64,000 bases of DNA from Nageia nagi (lineage: Eukaryota > Plantae > Pinophyta), in NCBI GenBank assembly GCA_050084985.1, contig JBITNC010000001.1, forward strand, positions 158,224,001-158,288,000, read 5' to 3'. Shown piece by piece: positions 13,595 through 25,200 of the stretch. Each line of letters starts with the position of its first letter. Position 1 is the first letter of the stretch. The position numbers and the translations under genes were made by a program. The notes below the pieces were generated by a model. That model was given only the letters and a program-made list of their open reading frames with translations, had not been told where the DNA came from and made no database searches.

Positions 13595-14020
13595 CATAAT
13601 TGTTGTAGCCATGAAGTGCATGTCCTTCAATCATTCCAATACATGTAACTGTATTTGCATCATGCATCTTATCAAATAATTCTTAAGCATTGTGTATTCT
13701 TTCATATTTTGCATACATGCATATCAAGGTAATAATAACCACAACATTAGATGCAAAACCATTTTCAGCTACTTTTAGTGGATGCCCATACCTTCCTCTA
13801 TAACTCTAATGGTGGTACATACTAGAAGAATGTAGGCAAAGGTTATAGAGTTTGGTTTTACACCTGATAATTACATTTGTTTAAAAGACTCTAAGGCTTT
13901 TTTAGAAAACCCATTTTGTGCATACCATGTGATCATTGTAGTCACAACGATAACATTTTTGCATACATGTGTTTCAAGGCACTCATGACCACAACATTCA
14001 GTGCAAAACTATTTTCAATT
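13595..14020 (-). pseudogene. Upstream part of the PPR pseudogene interrupted by the gypsy insertion
   Basis: MHDANTVTCIGMIEGHALHGYNNY continues in register across the CATAA TSD into ALKLFDFMEHLGTKPN left of 7121. Confidence 0.88.
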
Positions 14021-14124
14021 AATAATAAATTAATTAATAATTTAACAATAACATCATTACATAATTTAATAATTACAATAATATAATAATCATTTATATA
14101 ATAATTAATAATTAATAGTATTAT

Positions 14125-14540
14125 GAATTGATGGATAGGGGAGTTGGAGAGGTAGGTAGTTCAAAGTTATCGGATATGGGAGGACTAGGTTAAAAACTCT
14201 CTACCCCTAAAAGTTGAAATGTACCTAAAATCCTATTGAGTTGATGGTAGGTGTGGATAAGGTCGGGATCATGTCCTAGGTGGATTTTGATGATGTGGAT
14301 GCCCCTCAATCGTGACTCTAAGCTTAAGAGTTCATGGTGCCCTGTATTAAGGGATAAAAACTCCAACTGTGGGTTGAGTTGGTTACATGCAGACCTTGTT
14401 GTGTCCTAAGTCTTGTATTCAATTCTCACCAGCCATGACATACATTATACTTCCCATACAATTGTCCCATTGACCGCTCTTGGTCTCCCGTGGACATTAA
14501 TAAACTTTCTTTCTTCTTTCTTTCTTTCCAACAAAAAAAA
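14125..14540 (+). mobile_element. tRNA-derived SINE family 1 (contains nested SINE-2), 12-bp TSD TAATAGTATTAT
   Basis: Degenerate A/B-box-like motifs (TTGGAGAGGTAGGT; AGGTTAAAAACTC); body homologous to 45321-45538; A8 tail at 14533-14540; TSD at 14113-14124 and 14541-14552. Confidence 0.75.
14368..14526 (+). mobile_element. tRNA-headed SINE family 2 with RTE-X-LINE-type 3' end, putative TSD TCCAAC
   Basis: A-box-like TGGGTTGAGTTGGTTA and B-box-like GTATTCAATTCTCACC, then CCCATTGACCGCTCTTGGTC..GGAC and a (TTTC)n tail that closely match the LINE 3' end at 29190-29250 (minus). TCCAAC at 14362-14367 and 14527-14532. Confidence 0.75.
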
Positions 14541-14699
14541 TAATAGTATTATAATATAATAATCATTAATTAATAAATTATTAAATAAATATATAATAAA
14601 TAATTCATTTATTTTTTTAAATAAATTTTTTTCGACATTATTAGCGACTCTAATTCCAATGCCTATCACGTATGTGAAGCACCATGAAAGATCTCAAAA

Positions 14700-15310
14700 C
14701 GATGCAATGTTCAACTCTATTCCTAATGCCAAAGGACTCTAAGTAGGATGTTATACCCAACATAATATTTGATTCCAAACACCTCTAAGTTTGAAGATAT
14801 ACATAATGCAAAATGATGCAGTATTCAACGTAATATATGATGCCAAACACCTCTATTTGTGATGCTATATCTAACGTAAGATGATGTAACATTCAACATA
14901 ATTTATGATACCAAAACACCTATATTTGCGATGTTATATCTAATGCAAAATGATGCAATATGAAATACAATATATGATGTCAAATACCTCTATTTGCAAC
15001 TCTATCTTCAACGCAATATACGATGCCAAACACCTTTATTTGCAATGTTATATCCAACATAAAATGATACAACATTCAATGCAATTTATGATGACAAAGC
15101 ATCTCTATTCATGATGCTACATATAACATAAAATGATGCAATATGAAATGTAATATACGATGTAAAGCACCTCCATCTGCAACTCTATATTCAACATAAT
15201 ATACGAAGCTAAGCACCTCTATCTACGATGCTATATCCAACTCAATATACAATACCAAGCATCTCAATGTGTGATTTTATATTCAATGAAAAATGATGTT
15301 ATGCCAAACA
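14700..15310. repeat. Composite minisatellite (~46-bp and ~22-bp monomers; 183-bp higher-order period)
   Basis: Monomer A ~AACRYAATATAYGATGCCAAACACCTCTATTTGYRATGYTATATYY and monomer B ~AAYRYAAAATGATGCAAYATKM; equivalent block starts at 14827, 15010 and 15193. Confidence 0.85.
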
Positions 15311-15454
15311 ATGCTAATGGTGAATTAAAAAGCAATGCATGTACCTAAGCCTACCCTGATGCTATCTCACTTTATTATAGTAGTGCATATATTATCTACC
15401 TCCCATTCACAAAACCATCTTGTTAAAGGGAGATGGTAATTGATAAAATATATT

Positions 15455-16250
15455 TCCTTCTTCCTGCTAGTATTTTAGTGAGGATTTTATATATCATATT
15501 GTAGAGGCTTATTGGTTTGAAATGTTTGAAATCTAAGGCCCCTTCCACTTTATCAATAAGGGCTATAAAGATTACATTCCATAATATTCATAATGTATAC
15601 TTCTCTTAAAATTCCATAATTATAACTAAGGATATATCTTTACTTACTATTTTCCAAAAGGATTTAAAATAAGTAGCTAGAAAGCTATTTAGCCCATGTG
15701 CCTATCATTAGTCATTACAAATACTACTCCTTTTATCTCCCCCTAAAGAAGGATCTTATGATTTTTAATGAGATTATTGAAGGGATATTGGTCAATAATT
15801 TTTCCATAGCATTAATACCTCATTCTAATAAGATGATAATAGTGTTATGAAGAAGGATATATCATCATTCTTGACATTCTCTATTTATGTTATTATTAAA
15901 CCATATTACTTTTTGATATCATTGATTTTATTATGACTCCTTTTCATGGTTTTTAGCATAAACAAATTTGTATTTTTTTCTCTTTCCTTCAACTAAGTAG
16001 CTTATACTTTTGTCTTCAATGGATTTATTCTTGGGTTATAATATTATGATAAATAATTAGAGTATTCCTTCCTTTGTCCGTCAATTTTTAGATCTTTTTT
16101 GGGATTACAATTTTTCGTCTATAAAATTAAGGTCTTCCTTCAATTGATTTTTTATAATATTAACATTTTGGAAAACCTTCTTATTCCAATTCTTCAACTT
16201 ACTTTTGACAAATTATAAAAAATTTATCTACATGAATATATTGGTATATT
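15455..16250 (-). mobile_element. L1-clade LINE ORF2 debris
   Basis: Minus strand encodes LIDKVEGALDFKHFKPISLYNMIYKILTKILAGR (L1 RT start, ~15460-15560) and VKSKLKNWNKKVFQNV (EN-RT linker, ~16160-16210). Confidence 0.75.
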
Positions 16251-16649
16251 TTATTTCTATATTTTACCCTTGTTGCAATTTTATCATAATTTTAAGGTGG
16301 AAAAGCCACATATATTCAAATATGAATGAACTATTCTTATTTTTATATGAATTTAATTACAATGGGGTGGGGAGAGTGATATGAAATAATATTAGGAAGA
16401 TCTTTGAGGAAATAATAAAAAACTAGTCAATCCATTCTTTGGATCAAACTAATACACTTCCCAATCTACACTAAATAAGGTTACTACCAATTCTTTTATT
16501 TGATCATGTCGATTCGTAGACTCAGAGTTCTAGATCAAGCAAGCCTGTTTGAGAGATAAGGTTGCCCAGGGCTTCCATACTTGTAAAGTAATATTCCTTG
16601 TGTCCATATTTTTTAAAGGTCAACAGAGGGGTGTTAAAATACATTGGAA

Positions 16650-17330
16650 CCAACCAAGGAATATCTTTGAATACTTTTCCATCCCTAATCAAACCATTGC
16701 ATTTTTTTCTTGAATGATGTGTTTGAAAAAAATCAACAAAATGCCTTGGTGATATAGGTCCTTCTTTTTCTTGAAATCCTTTGTGGCCTTAGCGAGTTCC
16801 CCATATAGGAATGTTTAGATATTCATATTAGCTCCTCAGAGATGGTTGAGGAAACCAAAATGGAAACTTCTCACCCAAATAGTTGAAGAGTCAAGAGTGA
16901 AATAACACATGATGATAAGAGCCACCTTCGAACATGGGTGAGACAGAGCCTTCCTAGTAACCCCATATTTTTCTTTGGTTAATTTTAGCTTTCCCTTGCA
17001 AAATTTGAGTAGTTCCAACTTTAGATTATGGTTATTCCTTCGAATGTTCTCCTCTAAGTCTTTAAAACAAATAACTTTGGTTGGGAAAGCCTATTTTACC
17101 TCTATTTTAACCCCAAAGACTTCAACTTTTCCCCCTTTCCATGTTGATATAAATTGCTTGGCTATGGCTTCTTCAAATCCCTCAATTTTGAAGAGAAATT
17201 GGAGGAAACCTCCATTTTCCATTACAACCCATATCTCTTCACTACATTCAAGCTTTGTGGGATTGAGATGAGCTTCCTCCAAATCTTCTAAATGATGTTT
17301 CATAATCATTATTAGAGCTAATTTCATGTA
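16650..17330 (-). pseudogene. Degenerate unknown TE-associated ORF (ORF-X copy 1)
   Basis: EEIWVVMENGGFLQFL..IEGFEEAIAKQFISTWKGGKVEVFGVK...ELLKFCK..YGVTRKALSHPCSKVALIIMCYFTLD..FHFGFLNHL; homologous to ~25900-26330. Confidence 0.6.
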
Positions 17331-19447
17331 AAATAGAAACCTACAAAAAAGAGCACCTTGTTAGTATATAAAACTTTCTCAATCATCCCCTTGGTTCTCC
17401 ACCACCTGTGAGGTGTGTGGAAAATCCATGTAATGCCATGATGATGCTTGTTTAGGAGCATGTGAAATCTTGGAAGAGTCCACCACCCTACTTCATCCTC
17501 CCTTGTACCGCCACCTTGATTTGCCATGTCTAAGAGCTAACAAGCTGAAGTCACCCACAACCATCTACTGAACCAATCGAAAGGTAGATGATGCCCCATA
17601 GGATCCACAAATCTTGGTTTTCATAAAAGACATGTGATTTCAATAAACTCAAAGTCAAATCCAAAAGAACTTGATATCCTTTAGTAATATGCCTAAGATT
17701 TATCAACCTCAAATTAAGTTGCCTAAACCCATAAAAGACTAGCGATACCACTTGCCCCAAAGATCCTCATATAGTTAACTGAGTATGTTTCTCAATTATT
17801 TTCTTGAAAATATCTATCTTTGATTATTCTTGCTTTTCTTCTTCATCTTATTAGATTGTCCTTCTTCTTCATCCTCTATTTCAAGAACATTGAATGGGTT
17901 TTTTGATCTCTCATTGTTTAATCCTTTATCTTGGGAAATTCCATTTGTATTTACGATTTTATTTTGCCAAATTTATTTCATGTTATTATTCCAATTTCAT
18001 GGAGGCATTTATGGTTTATTTTTTAGGTATGCTCTTAAAATACGACCCATTGTTTTACAACATTACATCTTGCACAGAGAATTCCATATTCTAATAGTTG
18101 TTCCCAAGTGTAATCTTTTGAATCTGACATGATCTTGTTGGGGAGTTTTTTTTTATCGATTAGGATTAACATAAAATTTGAATTTTATGACCATCAACAT
18201 TAAAGTTTACATCTAATGATAACATTAATAATTACCAAGGAGCCTACTATGATATTTATATTCTAAAATTCCCTTGATAGGTTAGATAAGAAGATCTAGA
18301 ATGAGGCTAGATGGATGTTCTTTATCTATGGAAAAAACTACTTATACTAATGCTTTAAGAACAACATGAAATTATTTAGGAGCATCACTATATCTAATTA
18401 CCCCAAATTCTTTATTTCTCTTAGGGTCACTTCCTTATAAGATTAATGCTTGACCTTATTTTGATGAACTTGCTAATAAGTGAATTTCTTTTGGCTATAA
18501 CTTGATGGTCTACAATGATTTTAGGGATATATATATGAGTGACATTATTCTACACATGCAAATTTAGAAGCACTTCAATTTTTTCCTTGATTGAATCCTT
18601 CTTTAGCAAATTAACCCAAAATATGCTGAAGATTTTCCCCAAGTCCTACTGAGTAGGTCTTACACTCCTTAGCATGCATAATGCATAATTTACTGTTACT
18701 AAAATTCATAATACACACATTATGAACCTAATAATTTCACAAGTCATTCAAGGTTAACAACTAATACATAAAAATATATAAAATAAAAGTAATAGATATG
18801 ACTTTAATAACTACACCTAATAAACCAAATATTTTTTTATTTATTTACTCATATTTAATAAGGATATTTTTATATTGTATTCTAATAACTCACCTTTGTA
18901 TTTAGTTGTAATTATGTTTGCTATAATAAAAAAATATAAACATTTAAAATTTGAAAATTTATCAAATTTAATGCCTTTATTAATTATATTTGTGCATATT
19001 ATTTTAAGAGAGAATGTTTGCACTAATTTTCAACATATAGACCCACATCTTACCATTATCACAATCTAACTAACCCATAGGTGCACCTCATAAGACCTTC
19101 CCATATGGCACATATAATTAATATCCATTGTAAGGGGTGTTATATTGTCAAATTTACCTTTAAGATGTCTTGTCCCACTTTTATCCCTTTCACATCCTTA
19201 AAATATATTTTATCTGGATATTTTGTATAACTCATTATTTTTTTCAATTTACTGAAATTTACTATCAAAAACTACATATTTCAATTATCTTATCCTTCGA
19301 TTCTTCAATTTTTTTTTTAAAGTCAAATCAAAAAAGTAAGAGATATCAAAAATAATTCTAAAAAGACATAGTTTTTTTATGGAATAATCTCTAAAATATT
19401 GAATGCAATATTTTGCATTTAAATCTAAACTTTCATAAAATATCTAT

Positions 19448-19655
19448 AAATCACATACCTTTCTTTCATTTGATAAGCACAAAAATTACAAATTTCCATA
19501 TATTTTGAAATCAATTTACAATATTTAAAAATACAATACATTACACACTCCAATCACATACCTTTGTTTCATTTGACATGCACAAAAATTACAAATTTCC
19601 ATATATTTTGAAATCATTTTACAATATTTTAAAATACAATACATTACACACTCCA
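19448..19655. repeat. Tandem duplication, ~103-bp unit x2
   Basis: AATCACATACCTTT..CACAAAAATTACAAATTTCCATATATTTTGAAATC..CAATACATTACACACTCC occurs twice back to back. Confidence 0.9.
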
Positions 19656-20879
19656 TTCTCATGTTATAGATTTCATTCATAATCAAATATTTTATACAAA
19701 TTTTTATATAAGATTTATTAAAATACAATTAAAACATAACTTTTAAATTAACAATACATACATACAAATCTTTTAAATACTTTCACCAATTTAAAAATCT
19801 ATTATTATTAATTTAAAAAAAAGATAATATTAAATTCATGTTAAGAGAATTGGAAGTAAATAGGTGTTGAAATCTCTTTCATGTGAGAGATCCAAATTCA
19901 AATTTCTCGATCCCTTGAATATGAAAGAACACAAAAACAAATATGTTGCATCATAGCAAATACAATCGAAGTAAACATCAACTTTTTAATTGAAGCAACT
20001 CTCACAAAAACAAATTAAAAAAAAGAAAAAACATTAACTTCAAGTAGAAGAATTGAAAGTAATTGTGTGAAAATCTTTAGAATATACAAAATCCAAATTC
20101 AAATTTCTCAAAGATTAAAAAACTAGAAAAATAAACTTTTTACATTATAAGAAATATAATTGAAACACAAATCAATTTTATAATTAATGATTTTGGTTTG
20201 AATTAAGATATTTTGATTTTACATGGTGCTTTCAAGTTGTGACATTTTCCACCCATTTTTCTTTTGTATGACTTTGTTTTATTAATACAAAGGTAAATCA
20301 TTTGGAAAAAAAAAATTGAAAGCAACTCTTATAATAGACTATAAAATGAAAAAAATCAAGGAGTTATTTATCCAAATAAGTAGAAAAAGGAATAACCTGC
20401 TCAAAACTTAAAATTTGAAGATCCTATAAACCATGCTTGAATCTTGTGAATGTAAATAAATTTTTTTATTTCATTTCACAAAAAACATCTTTTAAATTTT
20501 AAAAAATAAAATAATAAAAAATTATCGCATATAATGAAACACATCAAAATTTTCAGTAACATATATAAAAAAAACATTTTTTAAAAGGTTCTATGACATA
20601 ACTATTTGAAAACAGCAGTAAAAGAAGAAATAACCTACTCAAAACTTCAAGTTGAGGGTCATGTTTGAGTGTCGTAGACGTAACTAAAATCTTTCATTTC
20701 ATTTTGTTTATCTCATCTGTACCGTACCAAAAAAAATTAATTACAAAAATTAAGGTGTTGAATGCAACACAAATTCTACGTGTGGCCCCCACCACCATAG
20801 TCGAAAGCGACGCAAATAACGTTAACTCTTTAAAATATTCGGAAGCAGTTAAATGGGCAGTCGCACCCAAATAAAGAGA

Positions 20880-21375
20880 TCCACGTGGCATGGCCAACGT
20901 CCCTATAGCAGATACCTATCTTTGACATGTTTACAATGAATGAAAGAATTGTTTTAATTAAATATATCTCGTAAAATAGACAATTTCTAAACTTTAAATT
21001 TTTTTGGGAATAAAAAACATTTAATTAAAGCAAATATATATATATTATTTAGAGTGATAACCTATCCCAACCAGAACAAAATATATAATCTTATTATAAC
21101 CATAATTTATTCATACCACTCAAATCTATCACATGGTGACGCCTTATCTGGTTCCGATTGGTTCCACAGATATGGGAGTACGGATGGAACGTTGATGTAG
21201 AAGGCTTGGCGAGTCCCGTGGTTCGTATTTATTCTCCAATCAGATTTTGTAGGTGGAGTTACAGGAAACGTGATGCTCATCGTCTTGCCACGTGGCAATT
21301 GAGAACAGAAGACGCCAACAGAGTAGAATACATGGTCGTGGTAATAAATCTGAACTTTACCGTCACACGTGGCGG
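20880..21375 (+). promoter_or_regulatory. Cluster of three G-box/ABRE elements (CACGTGGC) upstream of the bromodomain gene
   Basis: CACGTGGC at 20882, 21289 (within the perfect 14-bp palindrome TTGCCACGTGGCAA, 21285-21298) and 21366; CpG-retaining island; purine-rich leader 21380-21600. Confidence 0.6.
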
Positions 21376-21604
21376 TATGGAGAGAAACAGAGCCAGGCTC
21401 AGAGGCTCGGAAGGAGGGAGGCAAAACGGTCAAACTTCCCGAGCCTAGGGAGGAGGGGGTGGGGAGAGCCTAAGGAGGAGGGAGGTTCGGCCCGAGGCGG
21501 AGGCTTGGGACGGTAGAGAGAGAAGGGAGGAGAGAGAAGAGGGGAGGAAAAGAAAAGGGGATCTTTGGGAAAGGGGTAGGGTTTGTAGAATTTTGCGGAA
21601 GAAA

Positions 21605-22231
21605 ATGGGTAAAGATGAGCGGACGAGGAAGAGGAGAAGAAGAGGCGGAGGAGGACATCAGGCGGGGAATAATGAGGGGGAGGAGGAGGAGGAAGAAGAA
21701 GAAGAAAAGGAGGATGAGAAAGATAGAGATTTGGTGGAGGAGGAGGAGGAGGAATGGCTCCGCCACCGCCGTCACTCCAACCACAAGCACAAACTAAAGC
21801 TGGTTCTCAAACTACCACGGTCATATGCTGCCACGAATAATACCACCGCTACGACGACGACCACAGCTACAAATTCATCGTCTTCGTCTATACCGACCAC
21901 ATCTTTAGCCCCCCGTGGGGGAGCCGGAGGTGGAGGGGGCTTACTGTCTGATACTTTATCGTCGCCCAATCCCAGGCGCAGGGAGCATAGGCTGGAGGAG
22001 AGGGAGGTTCATGTGACCGTGGGCCATTCCACAACTCCGCCTCCTCCTCCCCCTCGTGTCTTTAATGACGAAGATGATGATGACGAAGAAGATGGAGAAA
22101 GTCCCCCTAAGAAAAAGAAGCGCAATATCAATGCTGTGGTGTCCACAGCCAGTGCCAACGGATCTAGGGCACATCGCCAGGAGGATGGATATGCTGGATC
22201 CCCTCCTGTTAGGAGACTTTCTTCTTTCAAG
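21605..22231 (+). CDS. Bromodomain gene exon 1
   Basis: ATG at 21605 (MGKDERTRKRRRR...), acidic/low-complexity tracts, KLKLVLKLP, donor AAG|GTATGG. Confidence 0.88.
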
Positions 22232-25200
22232 GTATGGTTTTTAAGATTTTTTTTTATTAAAGGGATGTTTTCGTTCTATCAAATCTGAGTTTCAGAATTT
22301 TGAAGCACATATGATGTGCCAGCAGGATTGATCACACCTACCCAGAAGGATGATTTTAGTGTAGACAGCCAATGTGATTTTATAAGTTGTCACAACCCAT
22401 TAGAGTTATTTTATTGCAGGTCTGGTTATGAGAGTGTTTGAGTCTTTATATGTTGACTGTAAAAGACCGCCTGAACAGTGACTTGCTTGGGGAACAGACG
22501 ATATAGATACTAGGCATACCCAACTCACCCAAATTCGTTTTATGTAGTGGGCAGATCCAACTCATCCAATTTCACAGTAAATAGCGGGCTGATTCAGCCG
22601 TCAATATTTGCTTATGATGAATCGTGTTTAGTGTGATTGTGGCATTTTGTATGTGAGGGGTAAATAGATTTGATCAAGTCGTTGGTCTGCTTAAGAAACG
22701 AGTAGTCATGTTGAGTTTCAGGGCACACAACTCTAAGCATGAGCTGAAAACTTTTCAATTATGTTTTACCCAGATGTGAGGTGCTTTTGTGCTTTCGTTT
22801 AGAGTTGCAGAATGGTGAGCAAAGTGCAGGGATCAGATGTGGAGTGGTTCTCAGTCAGAAGATAGAGATTGGCAGGAGGCAGGGAAAATCAGTAATGCCT
22901 TGTTTTGACTTGACTTCAGTTGGTGTTAAAGGGAGGTTTAACTGAATTGCTTATAGAACAGGCAGAGCCAAGAATTTGCAGATTTGTATTTTAGCGGAGG
23001 GCGAGTTGTTGTTTTAGTGTAGGCCAAAGTGAGCTTTATCTGGTGCCAAGTTGTTACTCGTTGTTTTGAGAAGTCAACTCTCATTCTTAATCTTTAGGCT
23101 TGGATGTATGAGGCCATGGTCCCATGGAGAGAACCAAATTTTAACTGTGCAGAAAGTCTCAAGCAAACTAAAAATCACAGCCACTAGAGTAAACATAACC
23201 TTCTCCTTAAAGGTCAAGGGTTATGTGAATATCATGTGTATACAATATCCAAGTCTTCAAAATGTTTAATAGCTTAATATACTGCTGCTTTTCTCCTGTG
23301 TGCTTCTTTTGAAAAAGCCAAATAATTCATGGGATTAATTCATCTATAAGATGGTCCAGAAATCTTTCAGACAACCTGTTCAGGGATTCGCCGTAGACCC
23401 TGAAAAAAAAAACAGTCCCATGAAATTTGCACTTTCTGCTGAGAGAATTTTCTTTTCTGCAGATTTAATTTTTAAATCAACAGGTACCAATTAAATAAAA
23501 AATCAGAAGCAATTGAAATCTTTCATATGGCAATAATTTTGTTCTGAAGGAGCAGATAATTTTCTGCCCTTTCAAATTTTACTCTTACCACTGCTTGCCC
23601 TGGACAACATTCTGTTCATTGCTGTAGTGAGTGTATGATATTATTTCATGGGACAACCAGAAGCATGGGAAATGCAGCAGTTTCTGTAGCCCCTATCATG
23701 GTACTATGCCCTAGTATTTCACATATAGAAGTTATGGAACTATTTGTTTCATTGAAGGAAGCCTTTAATTTTTGTTTTGCAGGAGCACAATTAAATCAAG
23801 AAGCACAATTATGTGTATCAATTCTGTGCAGGGGAAATATATAAAACTGTTTCCCACAATATTTCATTTGCCCATTTTCTCAACTTCTATGAAATCTTGG
23901 GAACATCTTAGACCATTTTCTTAGAATGAATTTAAGCTATTTTAATACTGTGTAAATTTGGTCTCTGATATTGCTGATGTAGATTGTTCCCAGTTGCTTT
24001 GATGGACCCTGCAACTTCCTCCTAGGCTGTGGCACCTTGGCCTCAGTATCCTTATTTTGACTAAATTTCCTGTATCTGCTGATTATGCTGGTGTTTCCAC
24101 AAGTGCTGGTCCTCCATGTTGATATCATTCCTCCCATGACACCTTTCTATAATGTTTTTCCTCTTTAGTTATCAACATATCATGTAGATCCATGAAAATT
24201 CTGTTTTAAAGTGTCAACACCTCTTGGCTCAAATATTCTTGTACAAAAAGTGAAGACCTTTTTAGTGGGCCCTTTGAGCTTATCTATATACCCTTCATGT
24301 CCATTTTTTGGGCTTTTTTGAGTTTCAGGCCTACATTTGGTCTATGTTTAAAATTAACATAATATACATGTTATCCTGATCACCAAAAAAACACGTTTTA
24401 CTCTAAGAAAATTGTGGATGGAGAGGTAATAAAATATAATGTGTTTGATGTGACATAGCTTAAATTGTGGTTAAGATTTTCAGTTTTTTCAAAATCGTCC
24501 TAATTTTTGACAAGGATTATAAGGTGTGTTTCACACATATCATAAGTTTCAAGTGATTTAACTACTTCTGGATGGATTACTTAGAATAGTACCCCGGAAC
24601 TGCCTGAAGTATAGTGCTAAATACTTAATAGAAGGGTCAAATACATACTTCTCTCAAATTTGATTTGTTGACTTCGATAGAAATGGCCAAGTAGACTCTG
24701 GAATATTAAATTCTCCTTGTTTAACCCCAGAGTGGAAAATGACCTTGGCAAATGTAACACGAAACCCTTTCATTCTAGCCTCTTAGGTATGACTGAAAAT
24801 AACTATAACATTTTAAATAAACATGGTCAAAGAGACTTACTCCTAGAACTAGGAAATACATTCTTTTTTCTTATTCATATTAGAAATGAGGATTTTGAGG
24901 ATCCTTAACCTTTAGAATCATTGGAAGTATTAACTTGATTCAAACCAAAACAAGACTGTCATACTATGTGCATAAGGGACTTAAGGGACTAGGCCATCAT
25001 TGGCTATTCTAAAACAAGATTGGGATATAATCCCCAACACAATAGTTTCAAGATACCTTAAGCAGTTTCGAGCATCCTTTTTCTAGAGGTTCCTCGAGCA
25101 ACAACCCATTTTGTTGATAAACTTTTTCAGTTCCTTGAACATAAAAAGTAGTTTCCTTGAGGAATCCAAGGCGAGTGTGATGAGGTGTGAGTTAGCCTTG

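Noticed and set aside
7239-13667. Two near-identical 91-aa ORFs (7239-7514, 13392-13667)
   Set aside because: Chance frames through the two LTR copies.
14700-15310. CRISPR-like repeat/spacer appearance
   Set aside because: Units are degenerate tandem monomers with no unique spacers; eukaryotic context and no cas genes.
21107-22244. Multiple overlapping ORFs on both strands
   Set aside because: By-products of the GC-rich, low-complexity promoter and exon 1; no recognisable domains.
24180-24610. Possible DNA-transposon remnant in intron 1
   Set aside because: No paired TIRs, TSD or transposase motif could be established by eye.
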